Part shown: one piece after another, positions 32,181 to 42,383 of the stretch
Layout: each line of letters begins with the position of its first letter
How positions within the stretch are numbered: the first letter of the stretch is position 1
Assembly: GCA_964428745.1 (NCBI GenBank)
Contig: CAYRYZ010000001.1
Span: 13,396 to 77,395 of the forward strand
Source: an uncultured bacterium
Lineage (GTDB): Bacteria > Fidelibacterota > Marinisomatia > Marinisomatales > TCS55
DNA: 64,000 nt
Reading direction: 5' to 3'
Program-made: the position numbers and the translations under genes
Notes under the pieces: generated by a model
What the model was told of the DNA's origin: nothing
Seen by the model: only the letters and a program-made list of their open reading frames with translations
Database searches by the model: none

Positions 32181-32504
32181 ATGAAAAGAAAAACTTCATC
32201 ATCCAAAATTCAATTACAAAAACAAATAATTCGTGGAATTTTAGTAATCGGTGCATTAGCTCTAGTAATAATTTTTTTATTTGGTAATCATGGACTTTAC
32301 CAGCTTTATACATTGAAAAAAGAGCGTGAAAAAATTCAACAAAATATAAATATGCTAAGAGAAGAAAAAATGGTTTTAGAAGATGAAAAAATTAAATTAC
32401 AAACCGATTATAAGCATATTGAAGAATTAGCTAGGGAAAAGTATAGGATGTCAAAAAAAGGAGAACGAGTGTTTAAAGTAATTGAAAAAGAGAGTAAAAA
32501 TTAA
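32181..32504 (+). CDS. ftsB: Septum formation initiator family protein (FtsB/DivIC-like)
   Basis: Single TM, a coiled coil, and the conserved IEELAREKYRMSKKGERVFKV C-terminal motif. Position immediately after eno. Confidence 0.75.
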   Translation: MKRKTSSSKIQLQKQIIRGILVIGALALVIIFLFGNHGLYQLYTLKKEREKIQQNINMLREEKMVLEDEKIKLQTDYKHIEELAREKYRMSKKGERVFKVIEKESKN

Positions 32505-33328
32505 TCTCTAGTTTGATTTTTTCCTAGGTGGCGACTGTGATTATATAAATCCTTTTTTTCTTTTTCATTCAAGCCATCATAACCCACATCATTAATTTTA
32601 TCTAACAAGTTATCAATATGTTTTTTAGCAGCGAAATGTTTGGCTTGCTTTTTCTCTTCTCTTTTATTTTTTATCTCAGCTAATATTGAATTAAATAATA
32701 GTAAAAGTCTAGGCAAATATGTATTTGATCGCAAATAAATAAACCCGATTAGCATACCAGATAAATGAGTTAAATGGCTAATATTAGATCCAGAGTCCCC
32801 AATTGAAGAAATAAATGCCATAGCACCTAATAATATGACAAAATATTTTACTTTTATTGGAAAAAGGAAATATATCAATACCTTCCTATTGGGGAACATC
32901 AATCCATATGCCAAAAGAATACCATAAATTGCCCCACTTGCACCAATTAGTACAGAATAAGAATTACTTAAATTAAGCAATAGCCAAATTATTCCAGAGC
33001 CAATCCCTGTAATAAAATAATATTTTAAGAATTCTCGCCTTCCCCATATTGATTCCATTTCGGAGCCAAACATCCATAAAACAAACATATTCATAAAAAC
33101 ATGGAAAAAATCACCATGGATAAACATATATGTTACTGGTTGCCAGATCATTGGCCAAACATCACCTGATGATAAACCAAAAATTTGAGCTAAATCATAT
33201 CTATCTATCGAAATATATCGAAATATAAACAACAGTGCATTAATCGATATTAATATTTTAATCGCTTCTGTAAAGTACTGGGGTCTAAAACTTATATTGC
33301 CATGTTCTGATTGGAACTGATATCTCAT
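32501..33328 (-). CDS. Rhomboid family intramembrane serine protease
   Basis: Catalytic GASGAIYG and the downstream HLSG histidine motif. HGDFFHVFMNM (WR/HxxxN region). Multi-pass membrane protein. Confidence 0.85.
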   Translation of the reverse strand: MRYQFQSEHGNISFRPQYFTEAIKILISINALLFIFRYISIDRYDLAQIFGLSSGDVWPMIWQPVTYMFIHGDFFHVFMNMFVLWMFGSEMESIWGRREFLKYYFITGIGSGIIWLLLNLSNSYSVLIGASGAIYGILLAYGLMFPNRKVLIYFLFPIKVKYFVILLGAMAFISSIGDSGSNISHLTHLSGMLIGFIYLRSNTYLPRLLLLFNSILAEIKNKREEKKQAKHFAAKKHIDNLLDKINDVGYDGLNEKEKKDLYNHSRHLGKNQTRD

Positions 33329-33462
33329 TTAACTTTTATTTTTTGTATCAATGTAAATTATATCAAATATAACCATCTAAATCTATTTTTTTATATAATA
33401 AAACAGTTAAAAAAATAAATATGTTCCAATTAATATATCATCGTTGGAATTTTTTAATGTTA

Positions 33463-34149
33463 TCAATTTAATAATGACTTCAAAATTTTTAATGATTTAA
33501 TATTTTTTAATTCTGAAAAATGAATATTTAAGCACGTGTTTAAATAATCGCTAATAATTTTTCTATCATTCTTAACAAGTTTAATATCTTTATGTATAGC
33601 CATTTCACCATTTTCAAAATAGTCAAATATTTTTTTGGCATTAGGAGTACCATAAGGATTAGGTAAAGGTATAAAGTCTAATTCAGATTGATGAAAATCT
33701 GGTTTGAATCCTAACTGGGTTAGCAATTGATATTGGTAATACCAAAATACCAAGTTTAATTCTGTGGATTCTTTTTCAACGGTTTCTAATGCTTCCAATA
33801 AAATAATAAATAAATCGTTATGTATATCATTTTCTGAAATACATTTATCAGTTAATTCAATCATGGCCATGGTATATGCTATTTTTTTTAAATCATATGG
33901 AATATGCCCCCAATATTTTGAAAAAGAGATTTTAGAAATAGTTTGAAGATCTCTATTATCTTTATAATAAAAAACTATTTCAATACAATTGCCAGGTTGA
34001 AAATATGCAGTTTTAGATGATTTTTTACTATGAGCCCCATGAACAATAAAGCTGGTTTTGCCCATACTTTTCACAAAACAACGGCAAATAATGCTACTTT
34101 CTCCATAGGGAAATCTCTTAAGTACAATAGCATCCGATTCAATGATCAT
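33463..34149 (-). CDS. recO: DNA repair protein RecO
   Basis: N-terminal OB-fold pattern DAIVLKRFPYGESSIICRCFVKSMGKTSFIVHGA. Size is typical at 228 aa. Confidence 0.75.
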   Translation of the reverse strand: MIIESDAIVLKRFPYGESSIICRCFVKSMGKTSFIVHGAHSKKSSKTAYFQPGNCIEIVFYYKDNRDLQTISKISFSKYWGHIPYDLKKIAYTMAMIELTDKCISENDIHNDLFIILLEALETVEKESTELNLVFWYYQYQLLTQLGFKPDFHQSELDFIPLPNPYGTPNAKKIFDYFENGEMAIHKDIKLVKNDRKIISDYLNTCLNIHFSELKNIKSLKILKSLLN

Positions 34150-34177
34150 TTATTAAAGTATTTATGTAATACTTAGC

Positions 34178-35647
34178 TTAATAAGCTTTTGCAAAAATAA
34201 CTTCATGTTTTGCTTCCTTGCCTGAATAAATACACTTTAACTCATTGGGATTTTCATCAATTGGAATAACTCTAATCGTTGCTTTTGTTTCTTTCTTTAT
34301 TGCAGTCTCTGTTTCAGCCGTTCCATCCCAACCACATTTTATAAATCCGCCTTTACTCGAAATAATATCTTTGAATTCATTGTAAGATGAAACAGTGTGT
34401 GTATTTGAATCTCTAAAGTTTTTTGCTTTTTCAAAAAGGCTGGTTTGAATATCATCTAATAAAGATGAAACGGTTTCTACTATAGACTCTTTTTGAACAG
34501 TCTGTTTTTCAGAATTATCCCTTCTTGCTACTACAACACAATTGTTTTCAATATCTTTTGGCCCTACTTCCAAACGTAGAGGGGCTCCTTTCATCTCCCA
34601 CTCATTAAATTTAAATCCAGGGCTATCTTTTCGCCAATCTTCATGGATACGTACCCCTTTCATTTTGAGAGATGGAATAATTTCATTTAGATAATCTTTC
34701 ACAGACTGTTCGTCTTTTTCATCTCGATAAATAGGAATTATGACTACTTGATAAGGCGCAATTTTGGGAGGAATGATAAGACCTTTGTCATCACCATGAG
34801 TCATAATTACACCACCAACCAATCTTGTACTAATCCCCCAGCTCGTCGCATAGACCATCTCTTCAATATTATCCTGATTTTGAAATGTCACACCAAATGC
34901 TTTTGCAAAATTTTGTCCTAAATTATGCGAAGTCCCTGCCTGTAAAGCTCTTTTATCACCCATCATTGCCTCTATACAATAAGTAAGATCTGCACCTGCA
35001 AATTTTTCGGATTCAGATTTGAGACCCGTATAAACCGGCATTGCAAGATAATCTTCTGCTAAGCGACGATATAATTCTAAAATCAATAATGTTTCTTCTT
35101 GAGCTTCCTTTGCACTTGCATGAGCTGTATGCCCCTCTTGCCATAAAAATTCAGTTGTTCTTAAAAAAAGACGAGTGCGCATTTCCCACCTTACTACATT
35201 AGCCCACTGGTTAATAAGCAAAGGAAGATCTCTATATGATTGAATCCATTTTTTATACATTGACCAAATAACTGTTTCTGATGTTGGACGTACTATTACT
35301 TCTTCTTCTAGTTTTGATTCGGGGTCTACAACTATTCTTTGCTCACCATCTAATTTTAGACGGGTATGGGTAACTATTGCACATTCTTTCGCAAAACCTT
35401 CAACATGTTCTGCTTCTTTTTCTAAGAAAGATTTAGGTATAAATAATGGAAAATATGCATTTACGTGACCAGTTTCTTTTATCATCATATCAAATGAGTC
35501 TTTAATTAACTCCCAAAGTGCAAAACCATATGGGCGGACCACCATAGTGCCTTTTACAGGACCATAATCTGCTAATTCTGCTTTAGTAACTACATCGGTA
35601 TACCATGTAGCATAATCTTTCGATTGAGGTGTAACACCTTTAGACAT
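34178..35647 (-). CDS. proS: Proline--tRNA ligase (archaeal/eukaryote-like type)
   Basis: DYATWYTDVVTKAELADYGPVKGTMVVRPYGFALWE start. Class II motifs FLRTTEFLWQEGHT and GTSHNLGQNFAKAF. ~489 aa with no insertion editing domain. Confidence 0.93.
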   Translation of the reverse strand: MSKGVTPQSKDYATWYTDVVTKAELADYGPVKGTMVVRPYGFALWELIKDSFDMMIKETGHVNAYFPLFIPKSFLEKEAEHVEGFAKECAIVTHTRLKLDGEQRIVVDPESKLEEEVIVRPTSETVIWSMYKKWIQSYRDLPLLINQWANVVRWEMRTRLFLRTTEFLWQEGHTAHASAKEAQEETLLILELYRRLAEDYLAMPVYTGLKSESEKFAGADLTYCIEAMMGDKRALQAGTSHNLGQNFAKAFGVTFQNQDNIEEMVYATSWGISTRLVGGVIMTHGDDKGLIIPPKIAPYQVVIIPIYRDEKDEQSVKDYLNEIIPSLKMKGVRIHEDWRKDSPGFKFNEWEMKGAPLRLEVGPKDIENNCVVVARRDNSEKQTVQKESIVETVSSLLDDIQTSLFEKAKNFRDSNTHTVSSYNEFKDIISSKGGFIKCGWDGTAETETAIKKETKATIRVIPIDENPNELKCIYSGKEAKHEVIFAKAY

Positions 35648-35786
35648 AATGTTTCTCTTATAATTCCTTTTGAGAAATTACCGGCTTCCTAATGCCCTTA
35701 CAACGCCATTTTTAATTTGAATTTATTGAGGCTGATAGTATTCTTTGATTAGTTTCCAACCTAAACAATTAAACTAGGACAACGGT

Positions 35787-37514
35787 ATGAAGAAAAAATA
35801 TTTCCTTTTATGTATCAATATAATTCTAATCCTTATTGGTTGTGAATCCAAACACGCAGATATGGTTATTCACAACGGTACAATTTATACTATGAGTGAT
35901 TATAATCCCATCGCTGAAACTGTTATCGTTAAAGATGGAAAAATTATGAATGTAGGAAATCAAATTAATTATCGTTCATATATTGGTGAAAAAACTAAAA
36001 TACTAGACTTGAATGGGGCCACCATGATACCTGGATTTATTGAAGGCCATGGACATTTTATGGGCTTAGGATACGCCAAAATGCGTTTAGATCTGTCCGT
36101 TGTAGAAAGTTATGATGAATTAGTAGATATGGTAGCAGAAACAGTAGAAAAAGCCCTCCCGGGTGAATGGATTCTAGGACGCGGTTGGCATCAAAGTAAA
36201 TGGTACCCTACTCCGTCCCCATTAGTGAAAGGATTCCAAACTCATGATAAGTTAAGCGCTGTTTCACCGAATAATCCTGTATGGCTTACCCATGCAAGTG
36301 GCCATGCGGGCTTTGCAAATGCAAAAGCAATGGAAATAGGAGGAATTACAGCTGAATCAGAATTTGGATTTGGAGGAGAAATAATTAAAAATTTACGCAA
36401 TCAGCCCACAGGTATATTCAATGAAAGAGCACAAAACCTTATAAGTAAGCATGTGGAAAGCCCAAGTTATGATGCTGGATCAAAATCAGATTCAGATACT
36501 GATCAACAGAATTCTAATTTGGCACTTGAACTAGCAGTCAAAGAATGCTTAGAAAACGGTATTACATCCTTCCATGATGCTGGAGCTGGAAAAGAATCAA
36601 TCCAAACTTTTCGTGATGGTATCAATTCAAATAAATTAAAGATACGTCTATATGTTATGCTGACTAGTCGAAACCCTGAATTATTAGAAGAGTGGTATAA
36701 AAGTGGTCCAGAAATCGGGACTGGGAATGATTACCTAACTATTCGTTCCATTAAGCTAAATGCTGATGGAGCACTTGGGTCAAGGGGGGCATGGTTATTA
36801 AATGAATACACAGATCGACCTGGTCATTTTGGGATGGCGACTCAATCAATCGATTACGTTTATGAAGTGTCAAAAAATGGTTTAAAACATGGGTTTCAAG
36901 TAAATGCACATGCCATTGGTGATAGAGCAAACAGAGAAATTCTGAATCAATATCAAAAAGTTTTCAATGAAAATCCTGAAAAAGCTAATGACCTACGTTG
37001 GAGAATAGAGCATGCTCAGCATATCGACCCTGAAGACATCCCAAGGTTTGGTGAATTGGGCGTTATACCATCAATTCAGGGAATACACATGTCATCCGAT
37101 CGACCTTGGGCTATTAATAGGCTTGGGAGAAAAAGAATTGTCGAAAGTGCTTATGTTTGGCGTGACTTAATTGACCATGGAGCAGTAATCGTTAATGGAA
37201 CTGATGTCCCAGTAGAACCGATTGATCCAATAGCATCATTCTATGCAAGTGTGACTCGAAAAACACTAAAAGGAGTTCCAAAGAATGGATATGAACCCAA
37301 ACAAAAAATGACAAGATTAGAGGCACTTAAAAGTTATACAATTAATGCTGCTTTTGCTGCTTTTGAAGAAAAGATAAAAGGTTCAATAGAAATTGGTAAA
37401 TATGCAGATTTTACTGTGTTATCAAAAAATATAATTACAGTCCCTGATAATCAATTATTAAATACAAAAGTCTTGTACACTATTATAAATGGAAAAATTG
37501 AATATAAAAATTGA
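35787..37514 (+). CDS. Amidohydrolase family protein (Amidohydro_3 / YtcJ-like metal-dependent hydrolase), lipoprotein
   Basis: Lipobox LILIGCE; GFIEGHGHF metal-binding HxH; NAHAIGDRA; IEHAQH; VNGTDVPVE. Confidence 0.8.
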   Translation: MKKKYFLLCINIILILIGCESKHADMVIHNGTIYTMSDYNPIAETVIVKDGKIMNVGNQINYRSYIGEKTKILDLNGATMIPGFIEGHGHFMGLGYAKMRLDLSVVESYDELVDMVAETVEKALPGEWILGRGWHQSKWYPTPSPLVKGFQTHDKLSAVSPNNPVWLTHASGHAGFANAKAMEIGGITAESEFGFGGEIIKNLRNQPTGIFNERAQNLISKHVESPSYDAGSKSDSDTDQQNSNLALELAVKECLENGITSFHDAGAGKESIQTFRDGINSNKLKIRLYVMLTSRNPELLEEWYKSGPEIGTGNDYLTIRSIKLNADGALGSRGAWLLNEYTDRPGHFGMATQSIDYVYEVSKNGLKHGFQVNAHAIGDRANREILNQYQKVFNENPEKANDLRWRIEHAQHIDPEDIPRFGELGVIPSIQGIHMSSDRPWAINRLGRKRIVESAYVWRDLIDHGAVIVNGTDVPVEPIDPIASFYASVTRKTLKGVPKNGYEPKQKMTRLEALKSYTINAAFAAFEEKIKGSIEIGKYADFTVLSKNIITVPDNQLLNTKVLYTIINGKIEYKN

Positions 37515-38239
37515 TTAGCGCAAATTCAGATAAACTTGTACGATCTTTGCACCAAAAAAAGTATCGCATAAAAAATAATAAATTCATTCTTGAAGGGATT
37601 AGAACGATTGATTGTGCCATTAATAATGCTACAAGTTTTTCATTTATTATATATACAAAAAGATTTTCAAATCAAAATCCTGAATTAATTTCAAAAATAA
37701 ACTGCAAAACCACTGAAATAGTTTCTGAAAAGGAAATGGAAAAATTATCTCCTTCAAAGTCTCCATCGGGTATATTAGCAATTGCTAATATAATTGATTA
37801 TGGTCAATTCAATAATCATAACAATGTTATTTATTTAGACGAAATTTCTGACCCGGGTAATATGGGTACAATAATAAGGACAGCGGTATGGTTTGGAGTT
37901 TATCAAATCGCTTTATCCCCTGGATGCATTGACCCGTATAACCCTAAAGTCGTTCGCAGTGCGATGGGAAGTCATTTTTCTCTTAGTTGGATTGGGGGGA
38001 AAAAAATATCATCCTTAAAGAATTATGTATTAATTGGCGCGGATCAAAATAGTAAAAACAAAAAGTTAGATAAATTGATTGATAAATGGGCTCTTGTAAT
38101 GGGAAGTGAATCCCACGGGATTTCAAAAACAACTCGTTCATATCTTGATCAAACCATTGGAATTACGAAAATAGGAACTGGAGAATCATTAAATATTGGC
38201 GTTGCAATGGGTATTTTACTTCATAAAATGACAAAATAA
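37511..38239 (+). CDS. TrmH/SpoU family RNA 2'-O-methyltransferase
   Basis: SpoU motifs ISDPGNMGTIIRTAVWFG, ALVMGSESHGIS and SLNIGVAMGILL. TTG start overlaps the upstream stop. Confidence 0.8.
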   Translation: MISANSDKLVRSLHQKKYRIKNNKFILEGIRTIDCAINNATSFSFIIYTKRFSNQNPELISKINCKTTEIVSEKEMEKLSPSKSPSGILAIANIIDYGQFNNHNNVIYLDEISDPGNMGTIIRTAVWFGVYQIALSPGCIDPYNPKVVRSAMGSHFSLSWIGGKKISSLKNYVLIGADQNSKNKKLDKLIDKWALVMGSESHGISKTTRSYLDQTIGITKIGTGESLNIGVAMGILLHKMTK

Positions 38240-38310
38240 TGCTTTGTTTCACCATTGCTCTATAAAGTGGTAATTTTCCCCTATGATGAAAAAAATGGAT
38301 TTAGAGCCTC

Positions 38311-39108
38311 ATGAACCGGACCCTCTCAGTTCCGTTCGCATTTTGGATCGTTTTATTATCGGTTTTTTCTGCACTAATTATTGCCTCGATTTTTAGCGCA
38401 TTGGATCCGTCTATCCTTGACGGATCTACACCAGAACTTTCAACATATATCTCAATGTTTGTTGGTCAGGCTTTCTTGATTGTACCCGTCTTGATTTTAT
38501 TGAATCGTAAACAACTTTCAATTATTGAATCTCTCCGCCTAAATGCTATTTCAAAGCAAGTTATAGTAGCTACAATACTGCTTTCAATCGGTGCCATGAT
38601 AATTGCTGATGAAATAAACATATTAGTTGATATGATCATACCTGCACCAGATTCTTTTCTCCAATTAGAAGCTCTGCTTACACCCGACAATCCTATATCT
38701 ATGTTTTTACTTATAATCACCATTGTACTACTAGCCCCGATTGGAGAAGAACTGTTATTTAGAGGATTCTTACAAAAATACTTAGAGGTTGCTTGGGGAG
38801 ATATAACTAAAGCTATACTTTTATCTAGTTTATTTTTTGCAGCAATACATTTTAATCCATATTGGTTGATTCAAATATACTTATTAGGTGTTTTATTAGG
38901 ATATATTGCTTGGCAAACTCAATCGGTTGTTTCATCAATAATTTTTCATGTAATAATTAATGCTTCTTCACTTATATTTACATTTTTAGGCGAACCAGCT
39001 GAATCAGCATTAATATGGCGGGGGCATATAAACCCTATTATTTTGTTATTAGGCACCTATTTGTTTTGGATTGGTTTAAAACAAATGAAAATTGTTAGGG
39101 TATTGTAG
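38311..39108 (+). CDS. CPBP family intramembrane glutamic endopeptidase (CAAX protease-like)
   Basis: EELLFRGFLQ motif, FAAIHF and HVIINA histidine motifs. Multi-pass membrane protein. Confidence 0.8.
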   Translation: MNRTLSVPFAFWIVLLSVFSALIIASIFSALDPSILDGSTPELSTYISMFVGQAFLIVPVLILLNRKQLSIIESLRLNAISKQVIVATILLSIGAMIIADEINILVDMIIPAPDSFLQLEALLTPDNPISMFLLIITIVLLAPIGEELLFRGFLQKYLEVAWGDITKAILLSSLFFAAIHFNPYWLIQIYLLGVLLGYIAWQTQSVVSSIIFHVIINASSLIFTFLGEPAESALIWRGHINPIILLLGTYLFWIGLKQMKIVRVL

Positions 39109-39109
39109 A

Positions 39110-40474
39110 ATGAAAAAAGAATTATTTAGCAATGAGATAACTATTCTCAGAGATACTTTTAGACGGTTGCTCAGACGCCGAGCTAAAACAAATATTATCA
39201 AACTAATTGATAAAACTCACCCAGCAGATTTGGCATTACTTTTCCGTTATTTTAATGAAAATGAGCAGGGCGAAATTTTTAATGACTTAAAGCCGTCAGA
39301 AGATACAGCTGAATTTTTGAATGAACTTGATGAGTCAATATCTATTCGTCTAATAGAAAACGAGTCTCCTGAAAGAATTGCACAAATTCTTGAATACGCT
39401 AGTTCAAATGAACAAGCATATTTAATGGGTTTAATTGATAATACATATGCCTCCTCAGTAATTGATCTTCTTAAGGCTGAAAAACAAGAAGAATTAGAAG
39501 AAATGATGGCCTACCCTGAAGATAGTGCTGGAATACTAATGTATACAGATGTGTTTACTCTTCATGAAGAAACAAAAGCCAAAGATGCAATTTATGCTCT
39601 TCAAGATCAGGAAGATGCGGAGATGGTATTTTATCTTTATACTTTAGATAATGATGGTCGATTAACTGGGGTTATTTCTTTGCGTGATCTAGTGACTACT
39701 TCTGGAGATACAATGCTTAAAGATATCATGTCTAAGCAAATTCATGTTGTTCGCCCTGAGACAGATCAAGAAGAAGTTGCTCGGATTGTTTCACAATATA
39801 ATTTTTTAGCAGTACCAGTTGTTGATTCTGATGACCGTCTATTAGGCATTGTAACTGTTGAAGATGTAGTAGATGTAATCCGAGAAGAAGCAACTGAAGA
39901 CTTCTTACAAATGGTGGGCGCAGGAAAAGATCGAGAAATTCTTCTTAAATCATCATGGGAAAACGCTCGTATGCGAGTGCCATGGTTATTTGCAAGTTGG
40001 GTTGGTGGTATTTTAGCCGCATTTATTATTGGTGTTTTTGATAATGTATTACAAAGTACTATTGCACTAGCCGCATTTATTCCGGTAATTATGGGTATGG
40101 GAGGAAATATTGGCACGCAATCTTCAACTATGATTGTAAGGGGATTAGCGACTGGAAGAGTAAGTATAGAAAACTCGGTTAAAATTTTATTTAAAGAAAT
40201 TCGTGTAGGGTTACTATTGGGAATCTTATATGGGCTATTATTGGGTCTTTTTGCAATTTTTCGATTTATTGATGCCTCTCCAATGATTGGTGTTGTAGTT
40301 GGGTTAAGTATTTTTATTTCTATGATAATCGCAGCAACTATTGGCTCTTTAGTCCCATTAATTCTAAACCGATTTGAAATTGATCCAGCAATTGCAACAG
40401 GTCCTTTTGTTACCACTGCAATCGATATTTTGGGCGTAGCTTTTTATTTCATTGTTGCAGGTGCATTTCTTTAA
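39110..40474 (+). CDS. mgtE: Magnesium transporter MgtE
   Basis: MgtE N-domain, CBS pair (VVDSDDRLLGIVTVEDVVDVI), TM domain with GMGGNIGTQSS and PFVTTAIDILG. ATG 39110 is preferred over track start 39092, which overlaps the previous gene. Confidence 0.93.
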   Translation: MKKELFSNEITILRDTFRRLLRRRAKTNIIKLIDKTHPADLALLFRYFNENEQGEIFNDLKPSEDTAEFLNELDESISIRLIENESPERIAQILEYASSNEQAYLMGLIDNTYASSVIDLLKAEKQEELEEMMAYPEDSAGILMYTDVFTLHEETKAKDAIYALQDQEDAEMVFYLYTLDNDGRLTGVISLRDLVTTSGDTMLKDIMSKQIHVVRPETDQEEVARIVSQYNFLAVPVVDSDDRLLGIVTVEDVVDVIREEATEDFLQMVGAGKDREILLKSSWENARMRVPWLFASWVGGILAAFIIGVFDNVLQSTIALAAFIPVIMGMGGNIGTQSSTMIVRGLATGRVSIENSVKILFKEIRVGLLLGILYGLLLGLFAIFRFIDASPMIGVVVGLSIFISMIIAATIGSLVPLILNRFEIDPAIATGPFVTTAIDILGVAFYFIVAGAFL

Positions 40475-40495
40475 ACAGGTTAGGGATAATATATT

Positions 40496-40879
40496 TTGAA
40501 AATAAAATCATTTTTCATTTCTCATGGTAAACAAATTGCAATATTAATAACGATTACAATCATGGTGCTTATTGCATTAAAATATGAAATTGATACCAAT
40601 GTTGTTGTTTTTGGTACTGTTATCTTAGGAGTATTTACTCAAGCATTTGCTGGTGTAGCTGCATTAATTGCTACATTACCACTTATTGGTCCACTAATTG
40701 TTAAAATATTTACTATCCCAATTTTTTGGGTTCTTAATTCTATGGGATATTTTGTAGGGGCAGTTGCTGTAAAAAAAGGTTATGGAAGTGAATTTACAAA
40801 GTCACGTGTTCTCACGTTCGCTTTATTAGTTGGTATTATATTAGGTTATATCATAGGTCACCTTGTACCACTGCGTTGA
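40496..40879 (+). CDS. Hypothetical membrane protein (4 TM)
   Basis: ORF with four hydrophobic segments and a TTG start. No family recognised. Confidence 0.4.
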   Translation: MKIKSFFISHGKQIAILITITIMVLIALKYEIDTNVVVFGTVILGVFTQAFAGVAALIATLPLIGPLIVKIFTIPIFWVLNSMGYFVGAVAVKKGYGSEFTKSRVLTFALLVGIILGYIIGHLVPLR

Positions 40880-40897
40880 TATATATTATTTAATATT

Positions 40898-41323
40898 ATG
40901 AATATTCTTATCCTGCACGGTCCAAACCTTAATCTTATTGGTAATATTTCTGCCGATTTAGGCAAACGAATGACTCTTGATAAAATTAACACAGGAATAA
41001 GGCGTCATGTTAGGAATACAGAAACTGAGTTAAAAATATGTCAAACTCACAAAGTGTATCAGGCAATTAACTTTATTCAACGAAATAGAAATTGGGCCGA
41101 TAGTCTTTTATTTGCACCTATGTCCTGGGCTCAATATGAATATTCAATTGGTGAATCAATTAGTATCTCTGGTATTAAAACCGTACAGCTATTATTTAAT
41201 GATGGTTATCAACAAATAAATGAAAAAGATTCAATATTTAGTAAAATAGCAACTAAGACAATAATAGGTAAGCCGGATAGCGTATACATAGATGGCATCA
41301 AATTTCTACAAAATCTCACCTGA
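40898..41323 (+). CDS. Type II 3-dehydroquinate dehydratase (AroQ) homolog lacking catalytic residues (probable pseudoenzyme)
   Basis: The AroQ-diagnostic N-terminus ILILHGPNLNLIG is present. The positions of the catalytic RxxxxYG, NPGAxxHTS and VHLSN motifs read ISADLGK, APMSWAQYE and VQLLFND. Confidence 0.55.
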   Translation: MNILILHGPNLNLIGNISADLGKRMTLDKINTGIRRHVRNTETELKICQTHKVYQAINFIQRNRNWADSLLFAPMSWAQYEYSIGESISISGIKTVQLLFNDGYQQINEKDSIFSKIATKTIIGKPDSVYIDGIKFLQNLT

Positions 41324-42383
41324 TTCATTGTTTAAATATTCAATTTTATTAGTTATTGTATTCTTAGGCTGTACTAAGCCTGTTCATAGTCCCCCAGATA
41401 TTGAAGTCAATGAATCTGTTATCAAACCTAGTATAACATTTTCATCTGATAGTTTATATGCTACTGTGACTACCAATTTTTCATTAACAGATTTTGATTT
41501 ACTATCTTCAAGAGCACATCAACCTATAACATTAGAATATTTAACTCGATTAGCTTACCCTGGTTTACATGACTCCACCATAATTAATTATACGGGTATT
41601 CTAAAAAATACAATTCCTTTTAATCAAAGAAGCAGGAATCTTCAAAATATTAAAAGTCAAAAAGGAGCTATAATTGCATATTATTCATTAGACACAATGT
41701 GGGTGTTTCCAAATATTCGTAATAAAATCAATTCATTTAATAGCAAATTTCCTATTATGCCATTATTTGATAGAGGTGGGAAAATTCCTGATTTCAATAA
41801 ATTAATTCCTACTCTGAAATTGTTACTTCCTGTCGAAAAATTAAATGTGCCAACTCGTGCATCACGATTGCCAAACGCTCCACGTGATTATAGATCGGGA
41901 ATACATAGGGGCATTGATTTTTTTTCAAATTGGGGAACTGAGGTAAAATCAGTAGCAGATGGCATTGTGATTAGGTCAGATCTATTTTACAAGGAAATTC
42001 CTGCAGGTTTTCGCGTGGATATCCTTAAACAGGCTGCCAGATTAAAGCGTACACCGTCTGATATTTTCAACGAGTTGCTACTTGGTCAAGCGATTATTAT
42101 TGACCATGGTTTCAACCTTTTCCCTGGATATAGATCAATAACCATTTATGCACATTTATCTTATATAGAAAAAAAAATATCTCCGGGGTCTAAAGTAGAA
42201 GCTGGGCAAATATTAGGTCGATCTGGAAATACAGGAACCCGACCAAGTACACTAGGTACTAAAGAAGAATCCCATTTGCACTGGGAATTGATTTTACAAG
42301 ACGCTAAAGGAGAATACTATTTTGGTCAAGATATGGATTATGAATCACTATTACCAGCCTTAAACCAAATTTTTAACAATTAG
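41292..42383 (+). CDS. M23 family metallopeptidase, lipoprotein
   Basis: HRGIDF and HLHWEL zinc-ligand motifs. Lipobox VFLGC. An alternative TTG start at 41328, just after the upstream stop, is at least as likely as the track ATG at 41292. Confidence 0.8.
   Translation: MASNFYKISPDSLFKYSILLVIVFLGCTKPVHSPPDIEVNESVIKPSITFSSDSLYATVTTNFSLTDFDLLSSRAHQPITLEYLTRLAYPGLHDSTIINYTGILKNTIPFNQRSRNLQNIKSQKGAIIAYYSLDTMWVFPNIRNKINSFNSKFPIMPLFDRGGKIPDFNKLIPTLKLLLPVEKLNVPTRASRLPNAPRDYRSGIHRGIDFFSNWGTEVKSVADGIVIRSDLFYKEIPAGFRVDILKQAARLKRTPSDIFNELLLGQAIIIDHGFNLFPGYRSITIYAHLSYIEKKISPGSKVEAGQILGRSGNTGTRPSTLGTKEESHLHWELILQDAKGEYYFGQDMDYESLLPALNQIFNN

Noticed and set aside
34178-35647. Archaeal/eukaryote-type ProRS as a possible horizontal transfer
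   Set aside because: This ProRS architecture is the normal form in many FCB-group and other bacteria. Its composition matches the flanking housekeeping genes.
39766-40416. 216-aa ORF on the minus strand inside mgtE
   Set aside because: It is fully antisense to a strongly recognisable MgtE TM/CBS region. The translation is low-complexity (Ile/Thr/Ser/Pro-rich) with no motif. This is a typical shadow ORF of a conserved gene.
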